Both the position numbers and the translations under genes were made by a program. Positions 63,518 through 64,000 of a stretch of DNA of 64,000 nucleotides are shown piece by piece. Where the stretch lies: assembly GCA_965225855.1 (NCBI GenBank), contig CBDDCK010000005.1:256001-320000 (forward strand), given 5' to 3'. The DNA comes from Spirochaetia bacterium. Lineage in GTDB: Bacteria > Spirochaetota > Spirochaetia > SP-2023. Under the pieces are notes generated by a model, which was given only the letters and a program-made list of their open reading frames with translations, did not search any database and had not been told where the DNA came from. Every line of letters begins with the position of its first letter. The stretch's first letter is position 1.

Positions 63518-64000
63518 ATGCTTTGCAAACGCATTATCCCCTGCTTGGACGTAAAAGATGGCCAAGTAGTAAAGGGTGTGGAATTTCGCAACCATCAAGT
63601 GCAAGGCTCAATTTTGGAGCTAGCACAGCGTTATTGCAATGAAGGTGCTGATGAACTAGTATTTTACGACATTACCGCCAGCAGTGATAAACGCTGTGTT
63701 GAAAAAGCTTGGGTTGCGCGAGTGGCCGAAATACTCGATATTCCCTTTGCTGTAGCAGGAGGTATCCGCACTTTAGAACAAGGGCGTATTATCTTGGCTC
63801 ATGGGGCGGACAAAATTTCCATAAACTCCCCAGCCTTAGAAAATCCCCAGCTAATTGACAAGATGGCTGCAACCTTTGGTAGCCAATGCATCGTTGTCGG
63901 TATCGACAGCCACTGGAATTTAGAAAGTGGTAGCTACTGCATTAAGCAATATACTGGCTGCCCAGAGAAAATGCGTGATACCCAACGGAAATTACTCCAT
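63518..64000 (+). CDS. hisF: Imidazole glycerol phosphate synthase cyclase subunit (runs off the window end)
   Basis: Manual translation: [26 protein letters not shown]...[15 protein letters not shown]...IPFAVAGGI...[12 protein letters not shown]. Confidence 0.97.
   Translation, partial: MLCKRIIPCLDVKDGQVVKGVEFRNHQVQGSILELAQRYCNEGADELVFYDITASSDKRCVEKAWVARVAEILDIPFAVAGGIRTLEQGRIILAHGADKISINSPALENPQLIDKMAATFGSQCIVVGIDSHWNLESGSYCIKQYTGCPEKMRDTQRKLLH

Overview
Chromosomal window from a low-GC spirochaete. The assignment rests on a P83/100-family antigen, a spirochaete-type LysM lipoprotein and the lolA-rodZ pairing; the genus cannot be fixed from this sequence. Housekeeping genes: rho (partial), an HtrA-like protease, ftsH, a CCA-type nucleotidyltransferase, mnmE, lolA, gap-pgk, dusA, mfd, tgt, accB-accC-accD and hisH-hisA-hisF (partial). 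A 23S-5S rRNA unit has its own promoter and no linked 16S gene. The most unusual structure is a pair of paralogous, modular surface lipoprotein genes (34017-36215 + and 57003-59216 -). They lie in inverted orientation about 21 kb apart, share a near-identical promoter/5' block that contains a C7 tract, and have reciprocal domain counts (2A+3B vs 3A+2B). They also share a downstream 22-bp unit that is expanded about 6.7x behind only one copy. This is a candidate surface-variation system. Other notable items: a duplicated 5S rRNA 3' end bracketing a DUF4177 gene (att-like), a triplicated RBS+signal-peptide cassette ahead of the LysM lipoprotein, a 171-bp Asn-rich coding VNTR, a local GGCCGTC palindrome family, E. 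coli-like his genes, and several pseudogenes (trpE, a DUF285 surface protein, a coiled-coil membrane protein, a frameshifted rodZ). No integrase, transposase, reverse transcriptase, tRNA or CRISPR array was seen. All family calls come from motif recognition by eye; no database searches were run.
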